Of a stretch of 64,000 bases of DNA, positions 12,601 to 25,600 are shown in pieces. The translations under genes and the position numbers were made by a program. Origin of the DNA: Bugula neritina (lineage: Eukaryota; Animalia; Bryozoa). Location: contig OZ037772.1 of assembly GCA_964035545.1 (NCBI GenBank), forward strand, positions 10,848,818 to 10,912,817. Reading direction: 5' to 3'. The notes under the pieces were generated by a model that was not told the origin of the DNA, ran no database searches, and saw only the letters and a program-made list of their open reading frames with translations. Positions within the stretch are counted from its first letter, which is position 1. Every line of letters begins with the position of its first letter.

Positions 12601-15600
12601 ATGTGTCACAAGTCAGTAAACACCACCACTGCTTGTCATCTGTCTCATGCCCACCTACACAATCTGCTATATTATTTTATAGAAAAAATGTCATCTTCCA
12701 AAGACCCTGGTCAGCTTTACAAGTTCAAGAAGACACTGGGTGAAGGGTAAGTGGAGATATCAGTGTATGTTTATTCTCACTAGTCAGTCATAAAGTATTC
12801 CTTGTAGTATTCCAGTGTTTATCCTGGAATGTGATTTTACCCAAAACTGTGTTGTGAGATGATGAAGTTGTCTGCCCGTGGTAGTAAACATGAGAATTAT
12901 CGACATTCTATATTTGTCTGTGTGCTGGATTTTCCAATTTCCTGAGAATTGCTTCATACTTTAGTGTGGATTACTATGCTACACTGGAAGCTGGAACTAC
13001 ACTAAAATTCGTGTATGAGTATGCTACATACAGATATGTGCATCTGACATTATATCGATGTCCTCCATTATTCAGGGCGTCAGGTAAAGTGTTCCAAGCC
13101 AAGCACCACGAGACTGGAGATCAAGTTGCTATCAAATACTTAGATCTGACTGGCCAGTTGTCTATCCTTGGTCTCATCGCACAGGAGATATCTATACTCA
13201 GCTCCGTCAAACATAGCAACATCATCAACTTCATAGGTAGGTGTAGTATTGTGTGGTAACTGAATCTTTATAGGTAGGTGTGGTATTGTGTGGTTACTGG
13301 GTCTTCGTCTGTTTTTAACGTACAGGCTGCGTTGATCATACACCATGATTAGATGAAACTGTATTCATAATTGTTCTTGTTAGTTAGTTTGTAGACTGTG
13401 GTAATTGCTTGGGACAAATAGTTCTTTTTTGTCAATTTCAGACATTATCATCTTTTTATTGTGGGCAGAATTGCTTATAGTTGGAAATACATCTGCACCA
13501 TCTTGTCTTTGTAATAGTGTTGGTTGACTGCGCGCTTTTAGTAGTTGTCTTCTTTACTACATTAATTACTGGAGAGGTCATAACTCCTGTCTCATTGCAT
13601 TTATGCAGTCATCTTCACATTCTAATATAAATTTACATAAATCATTCTATTTTCATTTATATTTTAATTTTACTAAAATATGAAATTGATTCAAGCATTA
13701 TGTTAGTTGCATTAAAATGTACTAGTCAATTACACTCACTGTTTTAAAGGATAGAAATGAGGCATCAATTTTTCTTACATGAAATGAGGTTTAATGTACT
13801 CAAACTCGAATACCTTGTTATTTACGGTGAATCTTATCTTATGTTGTAAATCTCACCAGCAGTCAGTAGTTCTAATACTATAAGTTGTCTAATTCGGATT
13901 TTTCTTCTCTTCAGATTGTTACTTCATGGAGGAGTCCATAGAGCTGTGTGTAGTCATGGAATACATGGATGGACTTCCTCTCAATGATATTGTTGAACCA
14001 CGGTGAGTTTACTAGTATACCACTGAGCTACAGTATATTTACTACTATACCACTGAGCTACAGTATATTTACTAGTATACCACTGAGCTACAGTATATTT
14101 ACTAGTATACCACTGAGCTACAGTATATCTACTAGTATACCACTGAGCTACAGTATATCTACTAGTATACCACTGAGCTACAGTATATCTACTAGTATAC
14201 CACTGAGCTACAGTATATCTACTAGTATACCACTGAGCTACAGTATATCTACTAGTATACCACTGAGCTACAGTATATCTACTAGTATACCACTGAGCTA
14301 CAGTATATCTACTAGTATACCACTGAGCTACAGTATATCTACTAGTATACCACTGAGCTACAGTATATTTACTAGTATACCACTGAGCTACAGTATATCT
14401 ACTAGTATACCACTGAGCTACAGTATATATGTTGAAATACTGTGATGCTGTACTCTCAGGCACTGACAGCTCCCATTAACATGAATATTATAATTATGCC
14501 ATTTTTATGTCTTATATTTTGAACTCTTTTTCACCGTTTATCTAACAGTTGTCTATCCTTTGCGCTGTGTTACTCTGCTTCACATCTTTGCATGTTCTAA
14601 GAGTTGTATATTTATTGCACTGTGTTCTTTGTGTAGGCGTGGCATAAACAGGGAGTCCATTATCTCCACCATCATCAAGTCGTGTGTTCACGCCCTCGCA
14701 TACCTTCATGACAAGAATATCATTCACAGAGATATCAAATCAGACAATGTAATGGTCGGCTCTGGCGGGGAGGTGAAGGTCATCGACTTTGGAACCTGCG
14801 CTAAGGTAGGGCCGCTATACATATTATGCTAAAATGCTTTTTATCTTAACAAAATATTAGTCTACAGACTTGAGAAATTTATATGATGGTTTAACTTTAT
14901 AGTTGCCATCCCTGTGAGAATCGGTTATGAGAAATTATTCTTAAAGATGGCTAAAGATTTTTTTTACTATTGTGGCACAGAGAAATTATGAATGAATACC
15001 TTTCATTACACCACCAATGGTTTTTACTTGTGTTTGAACCACTGACCTTGTGTTTACTAAACTAGTTCTCTAGCCTCTAGGTCATTTGTTAACATGTTCT
15101 AATAGTTACTGCTGCTCCTGTGTTGCAGTTCCAAAATATTTGAATGTAGTTATTTGACCAATCAAAAAGCTGGATGTTTACGTTGAGTTTTTTGAGATTT
15201 CGCAATCATCATTTCTCTTTTTTGTTCTCCTAAGTTGCAACTTTCAAGGTATTTTAAAACTAGTGAGTGCCAAAGCAATATGATTAACTTGATGAGATGA
15301 ACAGCTTTTCGTAAGAATGAAATTATCACAGCTGTATATTAACTTGGTTTTTCTTCATTTATTGTTTCTGGGTATTTATCATTCTTGATTTACTAAAGGT
15401 GTGGGCGAGTAAGACAGAGAAAAGAAAAACCCAGATTGGGACTCCATATTGGATGGCACCAGAAGTTATCAAAGAGTACATATATTACAAGTTGTATTAC
15501 AGTATATTACTAGTTGTATTACAGTATATTACAAATTGCAATACAGTATAATTATTACTAGCTGTATTACACTATATTACTAGCTGTATTATAGTATAAT

Positions 15601-16480
15601 ACAAATTAAATAACAGTATATTACTAGCTGTATTACAGTATATTGTTAGTTGTATTACTGTCTAGTATTAGTTGTATTACTGTATATTATTAGTTGTATA
15701 ACTGTATATTACTAGTTGTATTACTGTATATTGCTAGTCGTATAACCGTATACCATTTAGATGTTACTGGAATGTGAATATATTACAGAGAGCCGTACAC
15801 CAACAAGATAGACGTGTGGTCCTTGGGGATCATGGCATACGAGTGCTGTAAGGGTACGCCCCCGTACTACGAGCTCCAGGACTTCATAGCCCTCTCCTAT
15901 ATCACTAAGGAAGGAGTTCTGCCTCTTATAAAGAAACTCGGTACAAGACACGCCTCTCCTACATTCAAAAAGTTTTTAGAAAGGTATGTTGATAACCCTG
16001 AATATCTGTTGTTTGGTAGTTTACTGTTGACAAGAAAAGGGATGACAACTTCTTGCTGTTGATAGGTTATTTGTAATATACTCAGCACCACCTGATTGTA
16101 TAACGTAGCTGAGTAACACCATTGCATGGCATAGCTTGGTGTCTTTTTTCTAATAAAACTTCAGTATCTGAGCTTTTTAGTTAGACATCAGGAAGTATTA
16201 TACGCTGAAGTAAACTTGCAATTTCATTATTGTTTGCTTTAGAACTACTTAAGCTGACGTCATGTTTTACCTGCATGTTTGCAACTATTTTTTGTGTGCG
16301 TGTCTTTGTATTATCACGTTACACAATGATGTATCGTGTTTTAGATGCTGTGAGAAACGGCAGAATCGTCGAGCCACAATGGTGGAGTTGAAACGACATC
16401 CTTTCCTCAAAAATAACCTGGCTTCTAATCTAGACATCGCGGAGTACGTGAAGGAAACGAAGGAGACTAATTGGAGCTAA
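3628..16480 (+). CDS. STE20-family PAK-like serine/threonine kinase (~786 aa, 18 coding exons)
   Basis: Phase-consistent exons: 3628-3631 (ATG G|gtgagt), 6819-7048, 7343-7412, 7769-7953, 8566-8742, 9715-9807, 10176-10305, 10629-10711, 11417-11614, 11974-12186, 12307-12394, 12683-12746, 13076-13236, 13915-14002, 14637-14805, 15399-15475, 15789-15983, 16345-16480 (total 2361 nt). Motifs: [76 protein letters not shown]. The first exon is less certain than the kinase exons. Confidence 0.9.
6346..6475. mobile_element. MITE family B copy (hairpin-like, degenerate)
   Basis: Left arm aagcagctctgagttggtggtgactgagcgcagtagtttgg matches the left arm of 23689-23790; the right arm tcacctccaacttggagctact is complementary. 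Confidence 0.65.
6508..6718 (-). mobile_element. tRNA-derived SINE, full length, with target-site duplication
   Basis: On - strand: A box TGGTCTAGGGG, B box GGTTCGAACC, core TGGTGATGTTAGGAAGAACATCCAGTCATAATTG. Flanked by direct repeat atacctggccatt (6495-6507 and 6721-6733). Confidence 0.9.
7975..8220. repeat. 21-bp intronic minisatellite (catgtgtcacatggtgtctgg) just after the donor at 7954
   Basis: Visible periodicity; explains the Cys/His/Trp-rich ORFs in several frames. Confidence 0.9.
9511..9643 (+). mobile_element. MITE family A copy (degenerate)
   Basis: gtaggtgcagtaactgagagtttg ... caaatttctcacttaccgtgcctac inverted termini. Confidence 0.7.
9845..10160. repeat. ~32-bp degenerate intronic minisatellite (tcacctgatgtgatgtgtcatgtttgtatt) ending just before the acceptor at 10175
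   Basis: About 10 visible units. Confidence 0.85.
10770..10974 (+). mobile_element. tRNA-derived SINE, full length
   Basis: GGGAGCGGCCGTGGTCTAGGGGTTAGAG (A box), GGTTCAAACCC (B box), core TGGTGATGTTAGGAAGAGCATCCAGTCATAATTGCTC. Degenerate TSD taatgtaagctcag / taatataagttcag. Confidence 0.9.
11050..11165 (+). mobile_element. Older diverged SINE fragment related to the same family
   Basis: tggtcta...gggtttgaatcccgg...cattggtggtgtcagtaagatcgtctgctcacaactgcccctgctccat resembles the SINE head and core. Confidence 0.55.
12383..12620. repeat. ~32-bp minisatellite whose unit includes the exon/donor junction at 12394/12395
   Basis: Junction tgtctctaatta|gtaagtacctgttagcatg versus units such as tgtcactaatctgcaagtacttatcagacatg. 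Confidence 0.85.
14011..14430. repeat. 30-bp near-perfect minisatellite (actagtataccactgagctacagtatat[t/c]t) x14
   Basis: Starts 8 nt after the donor at 14003; produces the spurious [10 protein letters not shown] and [10 protein letters not shown] ORFs. Confidence 0.97.
14893..15085 (-). mobile_element. tRNA-derived SINE (diverged)
   Basis: tttatagttgccatccctgtgagaa...caccaatgg...tttgaaccactgaccttgtgtttacta...ctctagcctctagg aligns with the other copies. Confidence 0.8.
15480..15790. repeat. ~22-bp minisatellite (tatattactagttgtattacag) filling most of intron 15476-15788
   Basis: Visible periodicity; the acceptor atattacag| resembles the unit end. Confidence 0.9.
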
Positions 16481-18289
16481 GGCTATCAGCTAACAACACT
16501 ATATAATTGTATATAATGTATTTTGTGTATTTTTAACCCTAGGTAAATGCTGTAGCATTCTCCCTTCCCAAAGCAACGTGTAACTTGGGGCTCAGGCTAT
16601 GCTAAGCATTGAGAGTATACGGCGTGTCAAGGTTATTCTAATAATCGTATGCGGACTGAGTACTTAAATATATGCCAAAGACTATACATATCGTATTGAT
16701 CTGTACTTAAAACTTTAAATTCTATTAAATTATTTATTTAAAAATTATTTTTTAAAGAACTAGAACAAATATACCAAGTGTTGATATTTTTCAAGCATTT
16801 GTACTGACTATGCATGGTTTTATGCAATCTATTTTACTTCTACTGGTTCCCCTCTGTAGTTTAATGAAAATGTTATTATATAATTCTTCTAATGTTTTAT
16901 GCATATGTCAAATTATACATCTCACTCATTTTTCTTTGTCTCATTTTATTACTGCTCAAATATAAAATGTAAAAAAACTTATTCAACTCTCAATTTATGT
17001 TAAACAGTAGTGTGGTTATTATCATGTTGCTATTTATTTATATATTATGTAATAGAAATGATGGTAACAATAATCATAATGCAATCAAATAGTAATGTCA
17101 AAATTCCATAGTGTTATGCACAATTAACTTGGTATTTCAAATGAATACTTTAAATATTTTAATCAAAAAGTAAGTCAGGTATTTAAAAAATATCAACAGC
17201 TTCCCTGAAAAAATAAGAAAAACAAATGTAAGTTTAACGAGTTTAGTTAGAATTATGTTTATATTCAGCTGGTGACAATTTCCATTCTAGTAAATATTGA
17301 AGGTCACAGCCTTAGTGAATATCAAATTTATCTCTTCAAAAACAGAGGGTGCGGTGTCGATTGTGTGTGGCTACTTGCTGCATCTTCACAGATTTATTGT
17401 AGGAGGAGCATACAGACATTGTGTAATTAAAGATCCTTTAATGCTACTTTTCTATAGCCAGATCAAGCACAGCTCAGCGACAATTGAAGTTTATATCAGA
17501 GATCACTTGAACTACATCATAATTATAGCATACTATGATGTAAAGAACTTTGTCAACTGAACATACTGTTTTAAAGTTGTTGAATATATATTTGTAATAC
17601 AAATTCTTTAAGTTGAAACATTTATATTTTATGACTTCAAAACAGCATGTTCAGCCTTTACTTGGCAACGTTCCTTGCATCACAATATGTTTTAAAATAT
17701 AATTATTTCATTTTTTAAATTGAACTTTATGAGTGCGGTGGGACACCTATGATGCGAATGTTAAATCCATGTGCTCCTGGACCTTTTTATCCTGGGCGCC
17801 GTCCTGCCAGTATGAGTATCTTTTCTTGTTGGAATTCATGGATCTATAGGATTTATGCTGGCAATTTGCTGTAAGGCAACACTATGTTTTGCCAGTTGAT
17901 AGCAATGCCCTCTCCACTGATGTAACATTTAAAGCTGGCAAGGATGTTCCAAGACGAGCAAAGTTATACATCAGTCGCAGTGACAGGCCAAAGGTGCTGT
18001 GCATATTGCAAGCATTTTGCCCTCACAGAATGTCACGCCTCTGGTTTTTTGTCTTTTAGCCTGGTTAAGCTCTAGTTTCCAGTGGTGACTACGGGGAGGT
18101 AAGTATGAAGTCTTGACTGGTCAGCGAGTGTGTCCGCATTGCAGCTCTTGGTGTTTGGATCCAGGTAGCTCCATTATTTGTCTCCATAATCCATCCACCA
18201 CCACCAACCATGCATTGCACCTATGCACTAAGGAATATAATACATACTATCAAACACATTTCATTTGTAGAAGTTGTCATATGTTGCAG

Positions 18290-19857
18290 ATGTCTAGAAG
18301 ACAAAGTAGAAGTCGTCACACAATCTCTAACAAAGCACCTTCACCTCACCAAGGAGATGGTAACTTCCCTTTCCAGCGCCCGCCCCAGACGAGTAGCCCC
18401 ACTTTGCTAGATGACGCTTTCGGCATGTTTATGGAGTCCGGCGGACCTCTAATCGGGGCCTCAAAGTAAGTTTACCTGCAACTAATACCTGCGCTTCGAT
18501 TTAACTGTAATCACTATGCTGTAGTTTACATGCAAATGTTGTAATAAGTTCAACAGATTTTCTAGCAATATCTGCACTAAACAATTGTAAATAAATATTA
18601 GTATATAGCATATATAGTGAATTAGTATATAATTTGTGCAAATTATATTGATTACAAACTTCACCATGTATCTACTATTTTATAATATTTGGGTGCGATG
18701 TTATTATATGCATATATTTTACTTTTTTATTGCCATTACAACTTTCAAGTATATGATATGCACTGCTTAGTATTTTACAAAAACACCATTACATAATAAT
18801 ATCACAGTATTATAAAAATAAACTCTCGAAGCTGCCTTGTATATACTACAAGCAAGCTTGTCATTTGTTCATATATAACTTAAAAAAGTCAATGATGTAT
18901 TTTTTGGGCAATTCTGAGTTGAAAGTAAAGCTTATTTTTGCAATTATATCAATATTATTTATCAACTCATGTTTCTGTATTTCCATCAGACAAATGCTTG
19001 GTGCCGGTTGCTGTTTTGTCAAGACGTGGTTCAAGTGGCAGAGGAACGACACGTGGTTTAGCTTCATCATCCGGATGGTGTTCGGAGTGGCACTCATGGC
19101 TTTCACCCTCAAGCTCTGCGTTGGCCCGAACAAGTCTCTGTTCAAAAAGTAAGTTTCTTTGAAATACTACAAAATCAATTTTTATATAAAAAATGTTGTG
19201 AAAATGTTTTCCTGATTCTGATTTTTTGGCCATCAATAAACATTTCAGTTTCAGTGTTTTTTGAAAGTTTTAAGTTATATTATATTCTGCAATAGTTTTG
19301 TGTGTTTTTGTATTTTTATTAAAATTCTTAGATGACATCTATTTTAATAACATAACTTCACAAACGACAATATACAGGCACCACATGATCATAATAGTAC
19401 CCATCACAATAATTATATTTTAAGCTTACGATAAAAGAATATCACAGAGAAATAATTATATAATATTAATATTGCCCAATAATTCTACTAATAATCTAAT
19501 AGCAGCCATTGCACTACGCCATAATTGGTTATTGGCATTTTTTAAAATTAGCATCTAATTAACTAACTTTGTTTGCAAAACAATTTTGGCTTATTACTAA
19601 AACAAAGAGCTGCAAAAAATATTACATATCATAATAATTATATCAAATTAAATATAACTTCTAAACTGCCTTAAGGCTCAATACTAAAAGCCAGGAATTT
19701 ATTCATGCTAAAAACATTGGTTCTATAATTTCATTAATTATTTTATCGATTTTATTGATGATTTACATGGTATTTACTAGGTTGTTTACAATGTTGTCAT
19801 GGTTACAGGTACTATAACAGAATGACGTGGATGGTTAGCTCATCTGGACCATTTTAA
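18290..19857 (+). CDS. Uncharacterised small single-pass membrane protein (~127 aa, 3 coding exons)
   Basis: Exons 18290-18465, 18990-19148 and 19809-19857 with canonical cag| and |gtaagt sites, all phase 2. Protein MSRRQSRSRH...KQMLGAGCCFVKTWFKWQRNDTWFSFIIRMVFGVALMAFTLKLCVGPNKSLFKKYYNRMTWMVSSSGPF*. Exons are GC-richer than flanks. No family recognised. Confidence 0.65.
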
Positions 19858-21177
19858 GTCTATAAAGCTACAAGTTATATTATGAAGAGTCTAACAACTA
19901 TCAGCAGTTAATATTAAATAAATTATGCAAGCAAATTATAAATAAAAAAGCAAAGTCATTATATAATATTTAATATTATAACATTGCTTTAAGAAATATT
20001 ATAATTGCAAAGTTCTTTCTGATAATTTCTCTAATAACTACACATATAAAATTGTTTATAAATATAAATTTCCTGTATAGGTTTTGAGAGCTTTGAGTAA
20101 GAATTTGAAACTAAACAAAAGGGTAAAATTTATAATTATGATAATTATTTATATTTTAACATTTTTACAGTCCAAACCTATATAATACAATATAGAACTA
20201 ATTAGCATGATGAAAAACACTTAAAAAACATAATAAATTGCAAATTTTGGCTTTCAGAAATAATCTTCAACACATATATCTGTGTCTATACATTGTTAGC
20301 TAACAATTGACTTTATCAATCAAGATAAATCTATCAAGAAGTATATTATAATAATAGACAAGTGCAGTGTAGTATACTGAGTATAATATTTTTAGTAAAA
20401 TTTAGATATCAACTTTGAAATTCTTGTAAGTGAAGAAAAAAGAAAGATATATGAAACTTTATTGACATAGCCATGAGTGGTTTCTGAAAATACAAGAATA
20501 ATTATGCTGAGTAGTAAAAAATATAGCAAGTACATATCGATCTGAATTCTGAAATACTACAATAACATTGTGACAGTATGGTAGGTAAGTGCTAGAATAA
20601 ACACAATATCTACAGATCTAAATTAAATGTTTAAAGCCATTTTAACTTCTATAGTTTCACATTGAAACTTGATGTGAGTGAGATTAATGTGGCTGATGGC
20701 AAAATTGGATTCATGTAAACAACTAGAAATTGAAGGAGCTCACCAGAACGTTTTTGTGTGTCATTTTTCATGCTGCATGTTATATAATTTTATTATGACG
20801 TATATTTTTTTTCTTTATATTTCCACAAGCTATTTATATATAATTTATAAAAAAAACATTTTAATTTAATTATTTTTCTGTGTTGACCCAGCCAATTGTA
20901 CATATTATAGAGGAGTTATTTTCTCAACACACATGTGTTTGCAACATTGAATTTAATAACATTTGTTTTAATCCTTTTAAGTTATAAGTCAAAACCCGCA
21001 GTTCCATCATTTGTAGTGTTGATGAACTCAATATAATTGTGAAATACATAATGATATGTTATATAATACATTATTGTACTCCCAGTACAATTTTAATTCA
21101 TTGCTTTAACCTGAGGTTCCGCGTTGAAGGGTACTGTTCATTGCGGCTTGCGGTTTGAGAGGAGGTTTCCACGCCCA

Positions 21178-21240
21178 CTTATAATAGTGCGACTCCAACT
21201 ATTCACGCTCTGTGGTTACCGATTTGTATTGCCAGGTTAG
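21178..21240 (+). promoter_or_regulatory. Putative TATA-like promoter and non-coding first exon of the GPR158-like gene
   Basis: CpG-richer island at 21110-21240, cttataatag at ~21178, donor ccag|gttagc at ~21235, and acceptor ttgtag| at 22572 upstream of ATG 22618. Confidence 0.4.
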
Positions 21241-21429
21241 CTACTTCCTATCATCAATTCAATGAGTAGTGAATAAATATTTTCATTATGTGGACAGTTA
21301 AACTTAACAAGTTATAGAGATATAATGCTAATAGTTATTATTTCTAATACTAATAGTTTTACTGTTATACTTGATCTATACTATCTACATTATAACTTCA
21401 ACTTGTACTACAAGTTGTAGTAGTGTAAG

Positions 21430-21900
21430 TTATTGTTTATTATTACTATTAGTTTATACATTGTGATTGTTACTCATACTCATACTGATACTCATAAACC
21501 ATAGTCATAGTCATACTGATACTAATAGTAATGTTCATTATGATTATCATACTCATACTCATAGTCTGAGTCATACTCATAGTGATAGTCGCACTGACTT
21601 ATGCTTATACTTATACTTATAGTATTAGTTATAGTCATACTCATACTCAGAGGCATAGTCATAGTCATGGTCATGGTGGTAGTCTTACTCTAACTCTTGC
21701 TCTTAATCTTATCCATGCTGATACTCGTAGTTACAGTTGTGAGTTGAACTTAAAGTTAATAAGTTATATTCATAGGCATACTGATGCTAACACTACGGCT
21801 ACCAGTACCAGTGTTACTCGTACTTGTACAGTTGTAGTCATAGTCATACGCATAATCATACTGTAAGTGCAATATTAATAATTTTAATCACAATGCCTAA
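21430..21900. repeat. Degenerate 6-bp-period low-complexity repeat (catact/catagt)
   Basis: Visible hexamer periodicity. Confidence 0.8.
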
Positions 21901-22617
21901 TATTAATATGTACACAAAGTCTTATAGTACAGTAAAACCAAGTGTAATACTTAGAATTAGAGTAAGTAGCCAAATACTGATTAGTAATTACATCATACTA
22001 AGCGACTAATATGTTAATATTTTTATCAAAAATTGTTATTGTTATTTTTATTTGACCACCCCAATCACCATGGCTATCAATACCATGATGCTATCTACTA
22101 CTAGTGATGATTATCATCTGTTATTATTATCACCAATACATTTACTGGTACTATTAATAATAGTGAATTATTAAAATTTAACTGAAGTCACTTTTTACTG
22201 AATATATTTTGAAGTCTTTTTTTGGGTCTACTTAAATATTGCACTTTTAATCTTATGTTGAGTTGTGTTTTAGCAAGCGCATACTAAACAATTTTATCTG
22301 TGGAGTTGGCATGGGGTTTTTAGGTCACCAATAGCATATCGCACTTGAATATGCCAACTTCTACTTTGCCATATGGCGTTATATTCTTTGTGTAAACACA
22401 GCTAGATGCATCCTGTGATAATTCTTCTTGTTCAACACATTAGTCAACACACTAATGACTAATGATAGATATTTATAGAACTTTCAGTAATAGCTAATAG
22501 CAATTTCTATGATAAACTGGATTACGCTATTGATTTTATCTCTTTGCACATTATTATACATCACATATTGTAGATTGCTAGACCAGTCACTAAGTGAGCT
22601 TCTAGATTCCGCATAGT

Positions 22618-25600
22618 ATGGATTATACAAAGATATTCGCACTACTTCTCTCCGTATATCTTTCTTCGCCAACCTCTGCCAACCTGTTGAATAACATCAT
22701 ATTCACTCAATACTACAATGACCCGACGCAGACGTGCAATGCAGACGGTGAATCTAACTACGCGCCATTCGCAGGAGGGGACGACTACTTTAATGCTCAG
22801 TTTCAATCTCTGGTTGCTAAGGTAGACTTGCTCGGCGAAGAATTACGTAACCTCAACATCAAGAAGAACAGCGTAGCGCCTTCTGCCACGGAGATAAATG
22901 ACTTTTACAAAGAGCTGCTAGTTGCAGACGTTCGCGTCATTACCGCTGACTTCCTGTTTGGAGAGAATACGGATGTCGTGTTCTGTTACAAAGACGGCGT
23001 TCTCAGGGCGTGTGTAGATGATGATCAGACCGTGTTTGAAACCACCACCTCCTCATCCTGGTTCTACTCGTATGTCTGTAACCGCTGGCAGGCTACACTG
23101 CTGCACCAAGACCTCAAGTTTGTAGTCAGTAGCGTTACCAAGTAAGTACTCTAAGTATGTCGGTCTACAAACTTAACCTTAGCAGAAGGTAGGTGCAGTA
23201 ATGGAGAAATAAGAAAAGCCTGTGTTTTAGATTAGAAATGTAGTAAAAGAAGTTATGTTCTCGTAAGAATTTTCACTGGCGCCCCAAAGTTAAAGTTTAT
23301 AAGAAAATTAAGGAACGTAGGCTATCCCAATTACTCAACTACTGCTCCCAATTGTTTAGCACCTAAAGTAGAGAGATATACATAACAATATGGAGTATTG
23401 TCACTTTGGGTGTGCGCACAAGGTAGCTGGAGTCAACAGAAGAACTGTCGGTAAACCCGGCTCAGCCGGTGCAGAATTGTGTTTTTCATAGCTTCAGTTC
23501 TCTGGTACTTGTTAACTTGTCTCAATATGAAATAAAGCAAACACATTTCAATGCAAATGACAAATCAATAAGTCTAAATCCAAGCGACTGATGAGATATT
23601 TATCTTGGAATGTTGTATAATAAAAATGTTATATTAATAATATAGTGGCAGTTATGTTGCAAAGGAATGTTGTATCAGAAAGTAGCTCTAAGCAGCACCA
23701 AGTTGGAGGTGACTGAGTGCAGTGGTTTGGGGTCAGGGTACTGGTGTGTATACCAATACTGTACTCAGTCACCCTCAACTCAGTGCTGCTATATCTTGAA
23801 GATCTATAGTCGTGCTTTCATAGTTGTACATGTTAACTGCCTCTAAAGTGTATAATGTAGTTGTTACCACAGTGTGTGTAGTGTCGTTAGTGCTACAGTG
23901 TGTACTGTAGTTAGTACTACAGAGTGTAATGTAGTTAGTACTACAGTGTGTAGTGTAGTTACTACTACAGAGTGTAGTGTAGTTAGTACTACAGAGTGTA
24001 CTGTAGTTAGTACTACAGTGTGTATACTGTAGTTAGTACTACAGAGTGTAGTGTAGTTAGTGCTACTGTGTGTACTGTAGTTAATGTTGCCATATTAAAC
24101 ACTTTGGCTGTGCCAAGATAATTGCATCCTTCACAGTATCTAAGGATTAGTATATCAGCTAATGGAACCTTTTAGTATTCAAAACAAATATGGGTTTTGC
24201 CTGCATTTATAATTAACGAGATATTAATTGAAGGTGACGCCTTGCAGTTTCTGCAGAACTGGTGATTGTAGAACTGGTAAAACATATTGAATATAATAAT
24301 TATATTCTCTGTGGCCATGCTTTCTCAACTTACAGTATATTGAAGCAGGTATTGTGTGTCTAAACCTGCAACAGTCAACATTCTAACTTCTCAAGACCAT
24401 AGAAGGTCTAAAGCCCTAGACTAGAGCCCTAGACCATAATACATTTTTTATTAGTTTGAGGTTTGGAGGCCTATAAGTTCAAAGGAATTTCAGAAAACCT
24501 GCTTTTCTAAATAAATTTCTTGCAAAATAATTTATGTTCCCCTCAGACTTTCAACTCACATCTTAACTAAAATTTATTGAGGCAATTACAAAACTTTGGC
24601 TATTGAAATTTTTCTGTTATTCAATGGTTTTTGAAATCATGTGTTGTTCCATTTTCTGTGTTTGAGTCATTATTTTCAAAAGAACAGTCATAATTTAAAA
24701 ATGCTCTGTTTATGATAACCTTTGGATAGCATATGCGTTCTGACTCATCAAAACACCGTCAGCATAATATTTGAACTCTGTAAATTTCAACTTTAGCCTT
24801 AGGTCTTAGAGTTATGCCTATAGGTTAGGGGTGTTGAAGTGGCCACCCCATCTTGTAGAACACAAACACACAGCACTAGACTATGCTTTGAAACTCCAGT
24901 ACATAATTACAGTAGCTGTTTTATTACTTTATGACTAAATGCCTGTAATACAATATATACAACATTAACCTACATTACAGATGATCAATTTTGTTAGTAA
25001 TTCATCTATATTCTATGCACTTCAACAGATGACCTTTTAACCTTATTACCATAGAAAACAGTAGGGTGTTGTTACCATGACATACAGTAAATAATTGTAT
25101 TTCTAACATTGACATCTACATTTATAGAGTTTAGAAAGAGCTCAAGTTGTATGGTGCTGTCTTATTGTTCTAATTTCAGTTAGTAAATGAATTTACTTAC
25201 GGTCTGTGTTACATAACCTGGTTATCAGCCATAATGGGGGGAGGGGTTGTGTTTAGTCTGGGTTTCTTATATCTAGTATGACTCATTTTTCAACTTTTCA
25301 TGTGACAGATGTTAGCTAGAACTGATGCTATAGAAAAGTTACCACATTCCTTTACCTGTATTCAGTCAGCGTTCTATTGTTATGCAATGCTCGTGGTTCT
25401 TTCCAACAACTTTGATTTATATTTCTCCTTTTGCTGTGCTGGTTGAATTTCTAGATAAAAAGATTTTTATCAAAATAAAGAAATTACTGAAGGGATATTT
25501 TTTAATATTTATAAATAATAGTCGTACTAAAATAGCGTAGTTCAAAGTTCACACTTATGATTGTAGAGTTGTGCTCTCCATTACTGTGGATCTGCAAGAT

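Noticed and set aside
13969-14463. 158/160-aa repetitive ORFs on both strands
   Set aside because: Translations of a 30-bp intronic minisatellite; the kinase frame splices around it.
17728-18098. Additional upstream coding exons for the small membrane protein, or a - strand gene at 17.7-18.2 kb
   Set aside because: The candidate exon at 18060-18098 has stops in all frames and the - strand frames close quickly; at most 5' UTR exons.
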